DNA of 64,000 nt from positions 75,276-139,275 of the forward strand of contig MEPO01000027.1 in NCBI GenBank assembly GCA_001769805.1. Reading direction: 5' to 3'. The stretch is from Bdellovibrionales bacterium GWA1_52_35 (GTDB taxonomy: Bacteria; Bdellovibrionota; UBA1018). Of the stretch, positions 35,479 through 45,634 are shown in pieces. A program made the position numbers and the translations under genes. Each line of letters starts with the position of its first letter. Positions within the stretch are counted from its first letter, which is position 1. Under the pieces are notes generated by a model, which saw nothing but the letters and a program-made list of their open reading frames with translations, was not told the DNA's origin and did not search any database.

Positions 35479-37677
35479 ATGATTTCAACAAAACTTTTTC
35501 AACATTACAAAACCCTCCTCACTGCAATTCTGTTTGCGATTGCTCCGGCTGTCTTTGCGGAAACTTCTCTTGAGCGCGGAATGGAAATGCGCGCCCTGCT
35601 GAGTGATCTGATCCGTGGCAGCGGTCAGGCGGGCTCAACTCAAGCAGCCTCTATTCGCAGTGTTTTCGCAACTCATCCGAAGGTGCTCCAATGGGTTGCC
35701 CAGGGAGAGGATTTTGAGGCACTCCTGAAAGACGCCAATCTCGGAGGTGTTCGCCCCTCAGTCGCAACTGACAAGGAAATCGCAAAGCAGGTTCAGGTAC
35801 TCGCCCAATCACATGCGGACAAGTTACTGAAGCAAGCGGGGTTTCGTGATGAGGTGAGGAATGCCCTCAAGGATCGCCTGGCCAGACTTTCGCCGGCAGA
35901 CATTCCACAGGAGCTGCGGAATGATCCTGAACTGCGCAGTCTGGCCCAGGATCAGAGCAAGGCTGCCGCCAAATATTTCGGTCACCTTACGCCAGAAGAA
36001 CGACTCAAAACGCTTCAGCTGATTCCTGACGATGCTTTCAAAGTAATGGCTAAAGAGGTGAACCAATCCATTGAGACCACAAAGATCTCGGAATCTGAAG
36101 CCATTCGCGAACTCACAAGCAAAAACGCTTTTTCGCTCAATGAAGACCTCCTCAATGCGCAGGAAATGAGCGATTATCTCAATAAGTATTTTGACAAACT
36201 CCCCCTGGAAAATCGGCGGGAAATGTTCATAGCCTTCCTGAAGCTCTCGCCTGATGCCTCCAAGGAAAAACAGCTCGCCGCCGTCCTGAATGAAACCGGC
36301 CCAGCCATGCAGAAGCTGCTGCAGCTGATTGGGGAGAGCGCAAAAAGCCCGACACTCGAAGCCGTTCTCAACGAACTCAAGGAGAACGTCAAACAGGTCC
36401 CGTTCGAGCAGATCAGGTCCGCCATCGAGAAATCTCTGGGCGGTACGATCGAGTCTAAATTCAAAAGCTTCAATCCCAATCCTCTTGCGGCGGGAACAAT
36501 CGGCCAGACTTATCTCGCAACCCTGCCTGACGGCCGGGAAGTCGTCGTGAAAGTCCGACGCCCCGGAATCCAAAAAGAATTGATCGAAGAGATGAATCAT
36601 CTTCGCACCATCGCGCAGGGCACTCCTCTGGAAAAATTGGTTGATCAGCTTGAAGAAAATCTGATGCGTGAAACAGATTTTAGAATCGAAGCGAAGAACC
36701 TGCTCTTTGCTAAACAGGCTTACACTGACGCGAAGAAGGGTCTTTTTGTCGCGGGCCTAGTGGATGATTTCCCGATCATGGAGGACCTCCTGATTCAAGA
36801 GCGAGCCGATGGAAGAAGCATCGTTTCGCTCAAAAAAGGCCTCGCCAACAAAAATTCAAAATCCGCGTTCACCAAACGACGACTCGCCTGGATGCGCGAC
36901 ATTACTGAATCCGTGTATGAAAAATGGATTGATAATGCGGTTTTTGGCAGTGGACATTTTGCGGTTCCGGAGGGTTTCTTTCATGGAGACCTGCACGGCG
37001 GGAATTATTTCGTGAAACGAGTCCGGGGCGCGAGCCCGGACGCAAGCGTCCTCGCCAATTTTTTCAGCTCCGTAAAAGGCCCGAACTACAAGACCACGTT
37101 GATCGACCTGGGGAACGCGGGGACGCTGACCATCGAACAGCGCCGCGCATTCCTGCACCTGGGTATGGCCGCTGCGACAGGCTCACAGGAAGAAATGGTG
37201 GAAGCCCTGGGAAGAGTTGCCATTCTCACCTCTGAACAGAAGGCAAAGATTCTGGAAGCGCTGCAGATTACCGAGTGGAAAGAGCTCTCCGCCTCGGAAC
37301 GCATCACCCTTGCCTTGAAGGACGGCGCACTGAAAGCAGATGCAAAGTTCCCGAGGGACTTTCTGGGTTTCAAACGGGGCCAGAAATTCCTCGAAGTGGC
37401 GGCAAAAGAAGTGAATGAACTCCTCGACCAATTTGATCCGGGCAATAGCATTCGCCGCGCAGATTTGAATAATATCATGATCAAAGTAAGCGGCAAGCGC
37501 CTTGGAATGGAAATACCAGCCCAGCTGGTAAGCTCAAAAATTCGTGAACACACCGTGCTGCCGGCAACTGACGCCGTTCGCCTCAGCTATCGACTGGCCA
37601 GAGAAAAAATCGATGCCTATTTCTCCGGCATCCGTGGTTGTGGGGCCAAAAAACTGAAAAGTACGATTAAGCCTTGA
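35479..37677 (+). CDS. ABC1/UbiB-family atypical protein kinase domain protein with N-terminal signal peptide and long N-terminal extension
   Basis: Kinase-like core 'NPLAAGTIGQTYLATLPDGREVVVKVRRPGI' (ABC1 'PlAAASIGQVHrA.L.dG..VAvKVqrPgi') and 'FHGDLHGGNYFV' (HxDxHPGN). N-terminal 'MISTKLFQHYKTLLTAILFAIAPAVFA|ET' looks like a Sec signal peptide. No C-terminal TM helix. Confidence 0.7.
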   Translation: MISTKLFQHYKTLLTAILFAIAPAVFAETSLERGMEMRALLSDLIRGSGQAGSTQAASIRSVFATHPKVLQWVAQGEDFEALLKDANLGGVRPSVATDKEIAKQVQVLAQSHADKLLKQAGFRDEVRNALKDRLARLSPADIPQELRNDPELRSLAQDQSKAAAKYFGHLTPEERLKTLQLIPDDAFKVMAKEVNQSIETTKISESEAIRELTSKNAFSLNEDLLNAQEMSDYLNKYFDKLPLENRREMFIAFLKLSPDASKEKQLAAVLNETGPAMQKLLQLIGESAKSPTLEAVLNELKENVKQVPFEQIRSAIEKSLGGTIESKFKSFNPNPLAAGTIGQTYLATLPDGREVVVKVRRPGIQKELIEEMNHLRTIAQGTPLEKLVDQLEENLMRETDFRIEAKNLLFAKQAYTDAKKGLFVAGLVDDFPIMEDLLIQERADGRSIVSLKKGLANKNSKSAFTKRRLAWMRDITESVYEKWIDNAVFGSGHFAVPEGFFHGDLHGGNYFVKRVRGASPDASVLANFFSSVKGPNYKTTLIDLGNAGTLTIEQRRAFLHLGMAAATGSQEEMVEALGRVAILTSEQKAKILEALQITEWKELSASERITLALKDGALKADAKFPRDFLGFKRGQKFLEVAAKEVNELLDQFDPGNSIRRADLNNIMIKVSGKRLGMEIPAQLVSSKIREHTVLPATDAVRLSYRLAREKIDAYFSGIRGCGAKKLKSTIKP

Positions 37678-37734
37678 GACGTCTGCCATAAAACCCACTT
37701 GCAAGTGCCCCCAAGCAGACATAGAACCGGGGGT

Positions 37735-38499
37735 ATGAAACTCATTACCTGGAACGTGAATGGAATCCGGGCCGCTCAAAGACACGGCTTTATAAAATGG
37801 TTTGAAGAACAGGCCGCCGATGTGGTCTGTCTCCAGGAAATCAAAGCCACGCCCGAGCAACTGGATGACGAGCTCAAGAACCCGGTGAATTACCACTCCT
37901 ACTGGAACCCCGCCCAGAAACCCGGCTACAGTGGAACCGCGATTTTTTCCAAGCGCGAACCCCTGTCGGTGACAACCGAAGGCCTCGGGATTCCCAAATT
38001 CGATTCAGAAGGCCGGGTGATGATTGCGGAATATCCCACGGTCAATCTGGTCAATGCCTATTTCCCCAACAGCCAGCGCGACCATGCCCGGCTGGATTAC
38101 AAAATAGATTTTTGCGCAGCCATGCTGAAGCTTTTGGAGAAATTGAGAAAATCCGGCAAACCGGTCGTTTTATGCGGTGACTTCAACATTGCCCACAAGC
38201 CCATTGATTTGCGTAATCCCAAGGCCAATGAAGAATGCGCCGGCTATCTTCCGGAAGAGCGGGCCTGGATGGATGAGCTGACAGGAAAAGGGTACGTAGA
38301 TACTTTCAGGCACTTCACCCCCGACCCCCATCACTACACCTGGTGGAGTTATCGCCCGGGAGTTCGCACCAAGAACATCGGATGGCGCCTCGACTATTTT
38401 GTCATCAACCAGGAGAGCCAGGACCGGCTCAAGAATACTTTGCACCAGCCCGAGGTAAAAGGCTCCGACCACTGTCCCGTACTACTTCAGTTGAAATAG
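37735..38499 (+). CDS. xth: exodeoxyribonuclease III (ExoIII/APE family AP endonuclease)
   Basis: 'MKLITWNVNGIRA', 'VVCLQEIK', 'LCGDFNIAH', 'WRLDYFV', '...GSDHCPV' are canonical EEP/ExoIII motifs. Confidence 0.85.
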   Translation: MKLITWNVNGIRAAQRHGFIKWFEEQAADVVCLQEIKATPEQLDDELKNPVNYHSYWNPAQKPGYSGTAIFSKREPLSVTTEGLGIPKFDSEGRVMIAEYPTVNLVNAYFPNSQRDHARLDYKIDFCAAMLKLLEKLRKSGKPVVLCGDFNIAHKPIDLRNPKANEECAGYLPEERAWMDELTGKGYVDTFRHFTPDPHHYTWWSYRPGVRTKNIGWRLDYFVINQESQDRLKNTLHQPEVKGSDHCPVLLQLK

Positions 38500-40728
38500 T
38501 CGCGCCGCCTCTTTGGCGAGTTCCGGAGAGGCAAGAACCTGGGGTGGGGCTTTCAGCAGTTTCTCGCGCCATATCGCGTGCAATTCGCTGCCGGATGCGG
38601 TCGCTTTGTAACTCCTGAGCAGGAAAGTCCCCAGCCTGGAAAATTCCGCAGGACCAAAGGAGTTCAGCAGGGGTCCCGCAGCTTCCGGTCCCGCCAGGGT
38701 TTCCAAAGTCCAATCGACAAGCCCAGGATCTTTTTCTTCCCTCAAAAATGCCATCGCAAAATCAAAATACTGAGCCGCGGACAATTGCTTGTCGATGAAG
38801 GAGTCCCAGAGTGTAGTCAGCAGCAGTTGGCGCATCAGCGGCTCTGCGAATCTGGAAACATTCTGCTGTGCAAAATTGAGCGCCCTCGGCTCCAACTCAA
38901 CGCGCACGTAATCGTGATCATTGTAGTTCGGGAAAATAAAATCCGGACATTTTTTGCCCACAAGGGCACGTACCTGAGTCTCGGCGCCTGAATAACTGAT
39001 GGCTAAAGTCTCTCTGGGTCTCAACTTTCGTGCTCCCGAATCCAGATCAAACAAGGCGATCTCGGTCCGATGCGGTCGCAAAACAACTCCTCCGGACTGT
39101 AGCAGACGGAATTCTGAAATTTTTGAGATGATCTTTGTCTTCCGCTTCCAGGTCACCTCCTGCTGTTCACATTTCCAATCCGCCCGAAGAGTATTCACTC
39201 CTGTCGTTTGCAGCCAGGCTCTCTGCCATCCCGCCAGACCCTCGCCTGAAGCCTCTCCCATTGCTTTCAGAAATTCCGCAATCCCGGCATTCCGGATCGC
39301 AGATTTAATGAAAAACCGCTGCAAGCCATCTCGAAACTCATCCTCTCCCATGTAAAACCGCAATTGTTTTAAAATAGCAGTGATTTTTCCGGTATCGCCC
39401 GATCCCAGGCCAGCCCGCGGACCGTCGGCTTCGGCTACCGGGATCTCAAGCGGCTTCTGGCCCTCGATCCGGTCGTGATCGTAAGCCTTGCGCTTCTTTT
39501 CGCGCAGAAAACGGGCCCAGATCTGCTCAGCATTGCCGCTCATCACGGCACCTTCCCCTGATTGCGCCCACGTGGCCATGAAGTCCGCGATACCTTCGTA
39601 CAACCAGAGGGAATTCCACCACCGCGGGGTCACGAGATTTCCGAACCACATGTGTGAAAGCTGGTGAAAAATCAGGTCCGCCCGCTCCTGATCAAGAGCC
39701 CGCGCCTTGGGCAGCGCTGCGGGCTGACCGCCAAAAAGATATTTTTCACTGAAGGCAACAGCGCCTGCACCCGCGATCGTGCCCGTTTCCAGTTCCGGCA
39801 GAAACACCTGATCGTACTTTGAGTATGGATAGGGATAGGCAAAATTAAGGTCGAAAAACTCCAGCCCTCTTCTCGTGAGTTCAAACCACTCTTTAGCATT
39901 GGTGAGCAGACTCAAGCGCGCCTGTTCCGATTTTCGGATGAAAATCCGGAGAGGGATGCCATCAGCGTCGCTTTTTTTGAAACTATAAGGGCCAGCGTGG
40001 AGAGCGAAAACAGAGGTGCTCAATTTCGAAGAGGGAGGAAAAGCCCAGCTCATCCTTCCGTCAACCCGCACATTTTCCCGCTCTTTGGTATTTGTAATAA
40101 CGGTCCAGTTGTCCGGTGTTTCAACCGTCAGTTCAAAGGACGCCCGCAGATCTGGTTGATCAAAACACGGGAAAACAAATTGGGCCCCCTGCGCGTCGAT
40201 ATTGGAAAAAATATAGACATTTTGGTCCTGGGGATCGACAAAGCGGTTCAACCCGAGCTCGGTCGTGCCGTACGAATGCCCAAAGGAGATCTCAGCCCGG
40301 TTCATGCCTGGCTGAATTTCGCTGCCTTTAAAAAAAACGCGCCTGCCATTGTACCGTTCCGGCCCGATCTCCAGCGCATTCCCATTCAGCTTGAGCGAGT
40401 GGATCCGGCCGCCATCGAAATCAATGAAGAGTCCATGGGCCAGATCTTTCGGCCGGTTCCGTAATTCAAAAATCGCTACCAGCCTGCCTTCAAAATCAGG
40501 ATTATCGCGATCTAGGCCAAACCAGAGCGTGTAAGACACCCCTGCGATCTGCTTGGCTCTCAGGATTGCCTCTTCGCGGGTGAGCACTGGGGGCTTCACC
40601 TTCGCACTGCCCGCCGTCTCGGGTCGCGGCACCGCACCAGGGGGAACTTTGCTCTTCAAACCCGCGCAGCCGACGAAAATCAAGACTGAGAGTGCTGCGA
40701 CAATGACGTGGGCCCAGATTTTTTTCAT
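38482..40728 (-). CDS. M1-family (aminopeptidase N-like) lipoprotein; catalytic glutamates substituted (probable pseudo-peptidase)
   Basis: Lipobox 'LIFVGC'. M1 fold with 'FHQLSHMWFGNLVT...LWLYEGIADF' in place of 'HELAHQWFGNLVT...LWLNEGFA' (HExxH Glu changed to Gln). 'GAGAV' in place of 'GAMEN'. Both His and the distal Glu zinc ligands are retained. Confidence 0.75.
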   Translation of the reverse strand: MKKIWAHVIVAALSVLIFVGCAGLKSKVPPGAVPRPETAGSAKVKPPVLTREEAILRAKQIAGVSYTLWFGLDRDNPDFEGRLVAIFELRNRPKDLAHGLFIDFDGGRIHSLKLNGNALEIGPERYNGRRVFFKGSEIQPGMNRAEISFGHSYGTTELGLNRFVDPQDQNVYIFSNIDAQGAQFVFPCFDQPDLRASFELTVETPDNWTVITNTKERENVRVDGRMSWAFPPSSKLSTSVFALHAGPYSFKKSDADGIPLRIFIRKSEQARLSLLTNAKEWFELTRRGLEFFDLNFAYPYPYSKYDQVFLPELETGTIAGAGAVAFSEKYLFGGQPAALPKARALDQERADLIFHQLSHMWFGNLVTPRWWNSLWLYEGIADFMATWAQSGEGAVMSGNAEQIWARFLREKKRKAYDHDRIEGQKPLEIPVAEADGPRAGLGSGDTGKITAILKQLRFYMGEDEFRDGLQRFFIKSAIRNAGIAEFLKAMGEASGEGLAGWQRAWLQTTGVNTLRADWKCEQQEVTWKRKTKIISKISEFRLLQSGGVVLRPHRTEIALFDLDSGARKLRPRETLAISYSGAETQVRALVGKKCPDFIFPNYNDHDYVRVELEPRALNFAQQNVSRFAEPLMRQLLLTTLWDSFIDKQLSAAQYFDFAMAFLREEKDPGLVDWTLETLAGPEAAGPLLNSFGPAEFSRLGTFLLRSYKATASGSELHAIWREKLLKAPPQVLASPELAKEAARLFQLK

Positions 40729-41159
40729 ATGGAAAGCTGCTCGACCTGAATACCGACGGAGTTGAGCAAGGCAATCGAATCCTGAATCCGGTAGCTCTGC
40801 CCGAAATAAACCCGCTTCACATTTCCAAGATTGATGAGCCGCTTGGCGCAGCCCACGCAGGGCAGGTGGGTGACGAAGACGTACTTTTCAATATGCCTGG
40901 GCGCATCGCAGTTAATCACTGCATTCTCTTCGGAGTGGAGGCATCCGCAATTTCCGGGTTCCGCCCGATCACAGCCGTTCGGCAGGCCCGTGGCGTTGCC
41001 ATTATAGCCGACCGCAAGCACCTTCCGGAAATCCGTGCTCGTAATGACCGTTCCGACCTTGAGTCGATGACAGGTGGATCGCGCAGCCAACGTGGTGGCC
41101 AGCTGCAGATAAATGGCTTCAAAGGACGGTCGAGGATTTTCCTGCTTTTCCGTGCTCAT
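40725..41159 (-). CDS. dCMP/cytidine deaminase family (ComEB-like deoxycytidylate deaminase)
   Basis: Zinc motifs 'CLHSEENAV' (H/CxE) and 'PCVGCAKRL' (PCxxC). Confidence 0.8.
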   Translation of the reverse strand: MSTEKQENPRPSFEAIYLQLATTLAARSTCHRLKVGTVITSTDFRKVLAVGYNGNATGLPNGCDRAEPGNCGCLHSEENAVINCDAPRHIEKYVFVTHLPCVGCAKRLINLGNVKRVYFGQSYRIQDSIALLNSVGIQVEQLSI

Positions 41160-41716
41160 TTCTTTGCTCCCGGTCCGGCGTCCGGCTTTGGCGGAATCAC
41201 AACATGCGAAAGGAAGAAGACGAGTTCATTAATTGATTCGTAGATGTCACCGAGGGCGCGATGCTTGTCGCTTTTCCGGAATTCCAGCCCGTATTTCTCA
41301 CGAAATATTTCTTTGAAAGAGCTGACATCCACCAAGCGGTAATGCAGATGCGCCGCCACTTTGGGGAGATATTGATCGATGAATCGGCGATCGTTGCCGA
41401 CGGAGTTGCCGGCCAGGACAACCCGGTCTTTCGGGCCGTAATGGCGGCCGATCAGGGCCAGCAACTCGTCCTCCACTACATTCAATGGAGTGCCCTGGGG
41501 CACCGCAGCAGTTAGACCGCTCTCACCATGGGTTTTCTTGCACCAGTCATTCATATCGGCCAAAACCGTTTCGGGTTGAAATACAATGCGGTGGTACTCC
41601 TCCAAGGGCTTGAAATCCATGTCAGTAATGACCACAGCGACTTCCAGTATGGAGTCGGTTTTCTCATCCAGACCGGTCATTTCGAGATCAATCCAGAAAA
41701 TCGGTTTTTTTTTCAT
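41156..41716 (-). CDS. orn: oligoribonuclease
   Basis: 'IFWIDLEMTGLDEKTDSILEVAVVITD' DEDDh exonuclease motif I, and 'ALGDIYESI' motif III. 186 aa. Confidence 0.9.
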   Translation of the reverse strand: MKKKPIFWIDLEMTGLDEKTDSILEVAVVITDMDFKPLEEYHRIVFQPETVLADMNDWCKKTHGESGLTAAVPQGTPLNVVEDELLALIGRHYGPKDRVVLAGNSVGNDRRFIDQYLPKVAAHLHYRLVDVSSFKEIFREKYGLEFRKSDKHRALGDIYESINELVFFLSHVVIPPKPDAGPGAKK

Positions 41717-41937
41717 AAAAAAGGTGCCCCTCAGAGTGGCTCAACAAGTCCTGATTGCGTATGTAAGGCTTAATGGATTCCGTAACTCGCGTCAATTCAG
41801 GTTCGCTATCCTGGCAGAAATCCAAAACGACCCGCTGGTCGAGGCTTGCCAGTTGCAGTTGCCGAGAACTTTTTGACAATTCACTTGATTAAAACTGTCA
41901 TTTTTGGTTAAAAACATCGGTCTATTTATTTCATTGC

Positions 41938-41975
41938 AGGTACCCCTGCGCCTTTGGCGCACTTGGGGCTTTTTT
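41938..41975 (+). promoter_or_regulatory. GC-rich imperfect hairpin followed by a T7 run in the fusA 5' leader (attenuator/terminator-like)
   Basis: 'CCCCTGCGCC-TTT-GGCGCActtGGGG' followed by 'CTTTTTTT', about 20 nt upstream of the fusA RBS (GGAGA). Upstream on the same strand there is a possible -35 TTGACA at ~41876. Confidence 0.3.
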
Positions 41976-41995
41976 TACTCAGGAGATCGAGAAAC

Positions 41996-44101
41996 ATGGC
42001 TACGCGCGTAACAATGGATATGATTCGTAATATCGGTATTTCGGCCCACATCGATTCGGGCAAGACTACCCTTTCTGAACGAGTCCTCTTCTACACCAAG
42101 AAAATTCACGCCATTCACGAAGTGAAGGGCAAAGACCAAGTTGGCGCGACCATGGACTTCATGGACCTCGAACGTGAAAAAGGCATTACGATTCAGTCTG
42201 CAGCCACCTATTGCATCTGGAAGGGCTACAACATCAATCTGATCGACACCCCGGGACACGTGGATTTCACCATCGAAGTGGAACGCGCTCTCCGCGTGCT
42301 TGACGGCGCCGTTCTGGTTCTGTGCTCTGTTGCGGGCGTTCAGTCCCAATCGATCACGGTCGATCGCCAGATGAAACGCTACAAAGTTCCCCGCATCACC
42401 TTCATCAACAAAATGGATCGCGCTGGCGCAAACCCGTTCCGCGGCCTTAAAATGCTCCGCGAGAAACTGGGCCATAACGCCCACCTCATCACCTATCCCA
42501 TCGGTGCTGAAGACCAGTTCAAAGGCATCGTGGACCTGGTCCAGATGAAAGCCTTCTACTACGACGGCGATAACGGTGAATTCATCCGCGAAGAAGAAAT
42601 TCCGGCTGATATCCTTGCCGATTGCAAAAAATACCGTGAAGACCTGATCGCAGCAGTCGGAGAGTACGACGAGCACATTGGTGAGATGTATCTCAACGGC
42701 AAGGATCCGAATGTGGAAGAATTCCGCGCCGGAATCCGCAAAGCAACCATGTCCCTCAATTTCATTCCGGTCATGATGGGCTCGGCTTACAAAAACAAAG
42801 GCGTTCAGCATCTTCTTGATGCAGTCACCTATTATCTCCCAAGCCCGAACCAGAAAGAAAACATTGCTCTCGACCAGCGGAACAATGAAGCCAAACTGGC
42901 CTTGGACTCCGATCCTGCGAAGCCGTTTGTCGGTCTGGCATTCAAATTGGATGACGGCCGTTACGGTCAGCTCACGTATATGCGCATTTACCAGGGCACT
43001 GTGAAGAAGGGCGATGTCATCTTCAATTCGTCCAATGACCGGAAGGTCAAAGTACCGAGACTGGTCCAGATGCATGCGGACGAAATGCATGATTGCGAAG
43101 AAGCCTGCGCAGGCGACATTGTCGCCCTCTTCGGCGTGGACTGCGCCTCCGGTGATACCTTCACCGACGGCCAGATCAAATATACGATGACCTCTATGTT
43201 TGTACCCAACGCCGTGATCTCGCTTGCGATCGCACCCAAGGACAAATCAAGCCTGGCGAACTTCTCAAAAGCCCTCAATAAATTCACCAAGGAAGACCCG
43301 ACCCTTCGCGTGCATCGTGATGAAGAATCTGCTCAGACGATCATCAGCGGCATGGGCGAACTTCACCTGGAAATTTACTGCGAACGAATCAAACGCGAAT
43401 ACAATTGCGAAGTGATCGTAGGTAAACCGCAGGTCGCTTTCCGTGAAACGATCACCAAACGCGGCGAGTTCAACTATCTCCATAAGAAGCAAACCGGTGG
43501 TTCCGGCCAATACGCCAAAGTTCTTGGTTATATTGAGCCCCTTCCTTCTGATGCAACTGCTGCATATGAATTTGTGGACGATATCGTCGGGGGATCGATT
43601 CCTCGTGAATTCATTCCTGCCTGCGACAAGGGTTTCCGCGATGCTATTAAAGAAGGTCGCCTGATCGGCTTCCCGATTGTGGGTGTTCGTGCTGTCATCA
43701 ATGACGGCGATAGCCATGATGTTGACTCTTCCGAAATGGCATTCAAGACCGCCTCTCTCATGGGCTTCCGTGAAGCTTACGAGAAAGCCGGGCCCGTGGT
43801 CCTTGAGCCGATCATGAAGCTCGAGACCTCTGCACCTGAAGAATTTCAGGGCTCCGTCATGGGTCAGATCAATCAACGCCGTGGCATGATTGCCAACAGC
43901 ACGACCAACGAAGGTTATGCTGTTATTGAAGCCGAAGTTCCGTTGAACGAAATGTTCGGATATTCAACAGATCTTCGCTCTGCGACGCAGGGCAAGGGAG
44001 AATTCACGATGGAATTCTTGAAATATTCCGCAGTTCCTCGTAACGTTCAGGAAGACATGGTAAAGAAGTATCAGGAAAAACGGGCTAAAGAAAACAAGTA
44101 G
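41996..44101 (+). CDS. fusA: translation elongation factor G
   Basis: '[17 protein letters not shown]' G1. 'DTPGHVDF' G3. 'NKMDR' G4. Full five-domain length (701 aa). Start at ATG 41996 after a GGAGA RBS. It is not embedded in an rpsL-rpsG str operon here. Confidence 0.95.
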   Translation: MATRVTMDMIRNIGISAHIDSGKTTLSERVLFYTKKIHAIHEVKGKDQVGATMDFMDLEREKGITIQSAATYCIWKGYNINLIDTPGHVDFTIEVERALRVLDGAVLVLCSVAGVQSQSITVDRQMKRYKVPRITFINKMDRAGANPFRGLKMLREKLGHNAHLITYPIGAEDQFKGIVDLVQMKAFYYDGDNGEFIREEEIPADILADCKKYREDLIAAVGEYDEHIGEMYLNGKDPNVEEFRAGIRKATMSLNFIPVMMGSAYKNKGVQHLLDAVTYYLPSPNQKENIALDQRNNEAKLALDSDPAKPFVGLAFKLDDGRYGQLTYMRIYQGTVKKGDVIFNSSNDRKVKVPRLVQMHADEMHDCEEACAGDIVALFGVDCASGDTFTDGQIKYTMTSMFVPNAVISLAIAPKDKSSLANFSKALNKFTKEDPTLRVHRDEESAQTIISGMGELHLEIYCERIKREYNCEVIVGKPQVAFRETITKRGEFNYLHKKQTGGSGQYAKVLGYIEPLPSDATAAYEFVDDIVGGSIPREFIPACDKGFRDAIKEGRLIGFPIVGVRAVINDGDSHDVDSSEMAFKTASLMGFREAYEKAGPVVLEPIMKLETSAPEEFQGSVMGQINQRRGMIANSTTNEGYAVIEAEVPLNEMFGYSTDLRSATQGKGEFTMEFLKYSAVPRNVQEDMVKKYQEKRAKENK

Positions 44102-44139
44102 CCTGAGTTTGCGCCTCATTTGAACGAAGGGATTTCATA

Positions 44140-44499
44140 ATGTCGAATTTGGTCAGTGTTGTTCACATTATCGCGTGTGTTCTTCTGGTTTTGGTCGTTC
44201 TGATCCAATCAGGGAAAGGCGCCGAAATCAGCGCTTCGTTCGCAGGTTCGAGTCAAACGGTATTTGGCAGCAGCGGCGGTGCAAACTTCTTCACGAGGTT
44301 CACTGCCGCAACTGCAACTATCTTTATGATTACCTCAATTGTTCTGACCATCCTCAGCGGGCAGGCCAAGAAGAGCATTTTTGAGACCGGTGCCCAAAGT
44401 GCTCCAATCACTGCTCCGGCACAGCCCACCACGCCAGCGCAACCAGCCGCCCCTGGTCAGCCACAGAACGCAGCGCCAGCGCAAGCACCCCAGCAATAA
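44140..44499 (+). CDS. secG: preprotein translocase subunit SecG
   Basis: Two TM helices with the 'LIQSGKGAEISASFAG...FGSSGGANFFTR' SecG signature. Pro/Ala/Gln-rich tail. Confidence 0.85.
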   Translation: MSNLVSVVHIIACVLLVLVVLIQSGKGAEISASFAGSSQTVFGSSGGANFFTRFTAATATIFMITSIVLTILSGQAKKSIFETGAQSAPITAPAQPTTPAQPAAPGQPQNAAPAQAPQQ

Positions 44500-44569
44500 G
44501 TTTCGTTTTTCCTTGCTCGCCTTCCACAGATTACGCGGCGTGCGGCATGTAAATCGCTAGTAAGAATCC

Positions 44570-45634
44570 ATGAGGGTGGCTCTGATCTCGCCTTTGTTCG
44601 AGAGTGTTCCTCCCCGTCTGTATGGGGGCACGGAGCGCGTCGTGTACAATCTTTGCTGCGGCCTTAAAAAGGCTGGCATTGACGTCACCCTTTTTGCCTC
44701 AGCTGACTCCAATGCGCCTTGCCGGGTCATCCCGGTCGTATCAGAGTCCCTCAGGCTCTCAGATCCTCCGCCTTTCGATCCACATGTTTACAACTTCAAA
44801 ATGCTAGCGACAGTTCGCAAGCACTTATCAGAATTCGACATCATCCATAATAATCATGATTACTGGATGCTACCTTTGACTCATGGCAGCCACATTCCGG
44901 TTTTGACAACATTACACGGCCGTCTGGACCTTCCAGTGCTGCCTGAATTGCTTCCGGGCTTCCCAAACGCTCATTACATCTCCATTTCGAACTCACAACG
45001 GAAGCCCATTCCGGATTTGCGCTGGACGCGAACGATTTACCACGGAATCGATTTGGCTAATTTCAAATTCAAGGAAGAACCCGGGAAGTATCTGGCATTC
45101 CTCGGCAGGATCCATGCTGAAAAGCGGCCGGAATGGGCTATTGAAATCGCAAAAAAAGCCGGAATTCCGCTTAAAATAGCTGCGAAGATCGAAGGACAGG
45201 CAGGACGCGAGTATTTTGATTCCTTTGTGAAACCGGAACTCCAGAACCCATTGATTGAATACGTGGGCGAAATCGGAGAACACGAAAAGTCTGATTTTCT
45301 GGGAAATGCCCTGGCACTCCTGTTTCCAATAGATTGGCCGGAGCCGTTTGGCCTTGTCATGGTCGAGGCTCTTGCCTGCGGAACCCCGGTGCTGGCACGA
45401 CCTTATGGCTCAGTTCCCGAAATTTTACGTGACGGCGTGACTGGCTTCATACGGCAGGACATCAGCGAGCTGGCAGCACTCGTTCCACAGATCGGAAAGC
45501 TCAGCAGGAAGACCTGTCATGAGTGGGCTGTTCGTCACTTCTCAGTGAAAAGAATGACGGAGGACTATATTCATGTCTATCGATCCCTCAGTGGGTCCCC
45601 CGCCGGAGTCCAGCACCGCTCCGATCACGATTGA
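44570..45634 (+). CDS. GT4-family (group 1) glycosyltransferase
   Basis: N-terminal 'MRVALISPLFESVPPRLYGGTERVVYNL' and C-terminal 'EPFGLVMVEALACGTPVLA' (EX7E motif region). Confidence 0.75.
   Translation: MRVALISPLFESVPPRLYGGTERVVYNLCCGLKKAGIDVTLFASADSNAPCRVIPVVSESLRLSDPPPFDPHVYNFKMLATVRKHLSEFDIIHNNHDYWMLPLTHGSHIPVLTTLHGRLDLPVLPELLPGFPNAHYISISNSQRKPIPDLRWTRTIYHGIDLANFKFKEEPGKYLAFLGRIHAEKRPEWAIEIAKKAGIPLKIAAKIEGQAGREYFDSFVKPELQNPLIEYVGEIGEHEKSDFLGNALALLFPIDWPEPFGLVMVEALACGTPVLARPYGSVPEILRDGVTGFIRQDISELAALVPQIGKLSRKTCHEWAVRHFSVKRMTEDYIHVYRSLSGSPAGVQHRSDHD

Noticed and set aside
35824-36600. 258-aa minus-strand ORF
   Set aside because: Antisense to the ABC1 kinase gene; no domain support.
41975-43090. 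371-aa minus-strand ORF
   Set aside because: It lies entirely antisense to the strongly supported fusA gene and has no motifs. It is a shadow ORF in GC-rich coding DNA.
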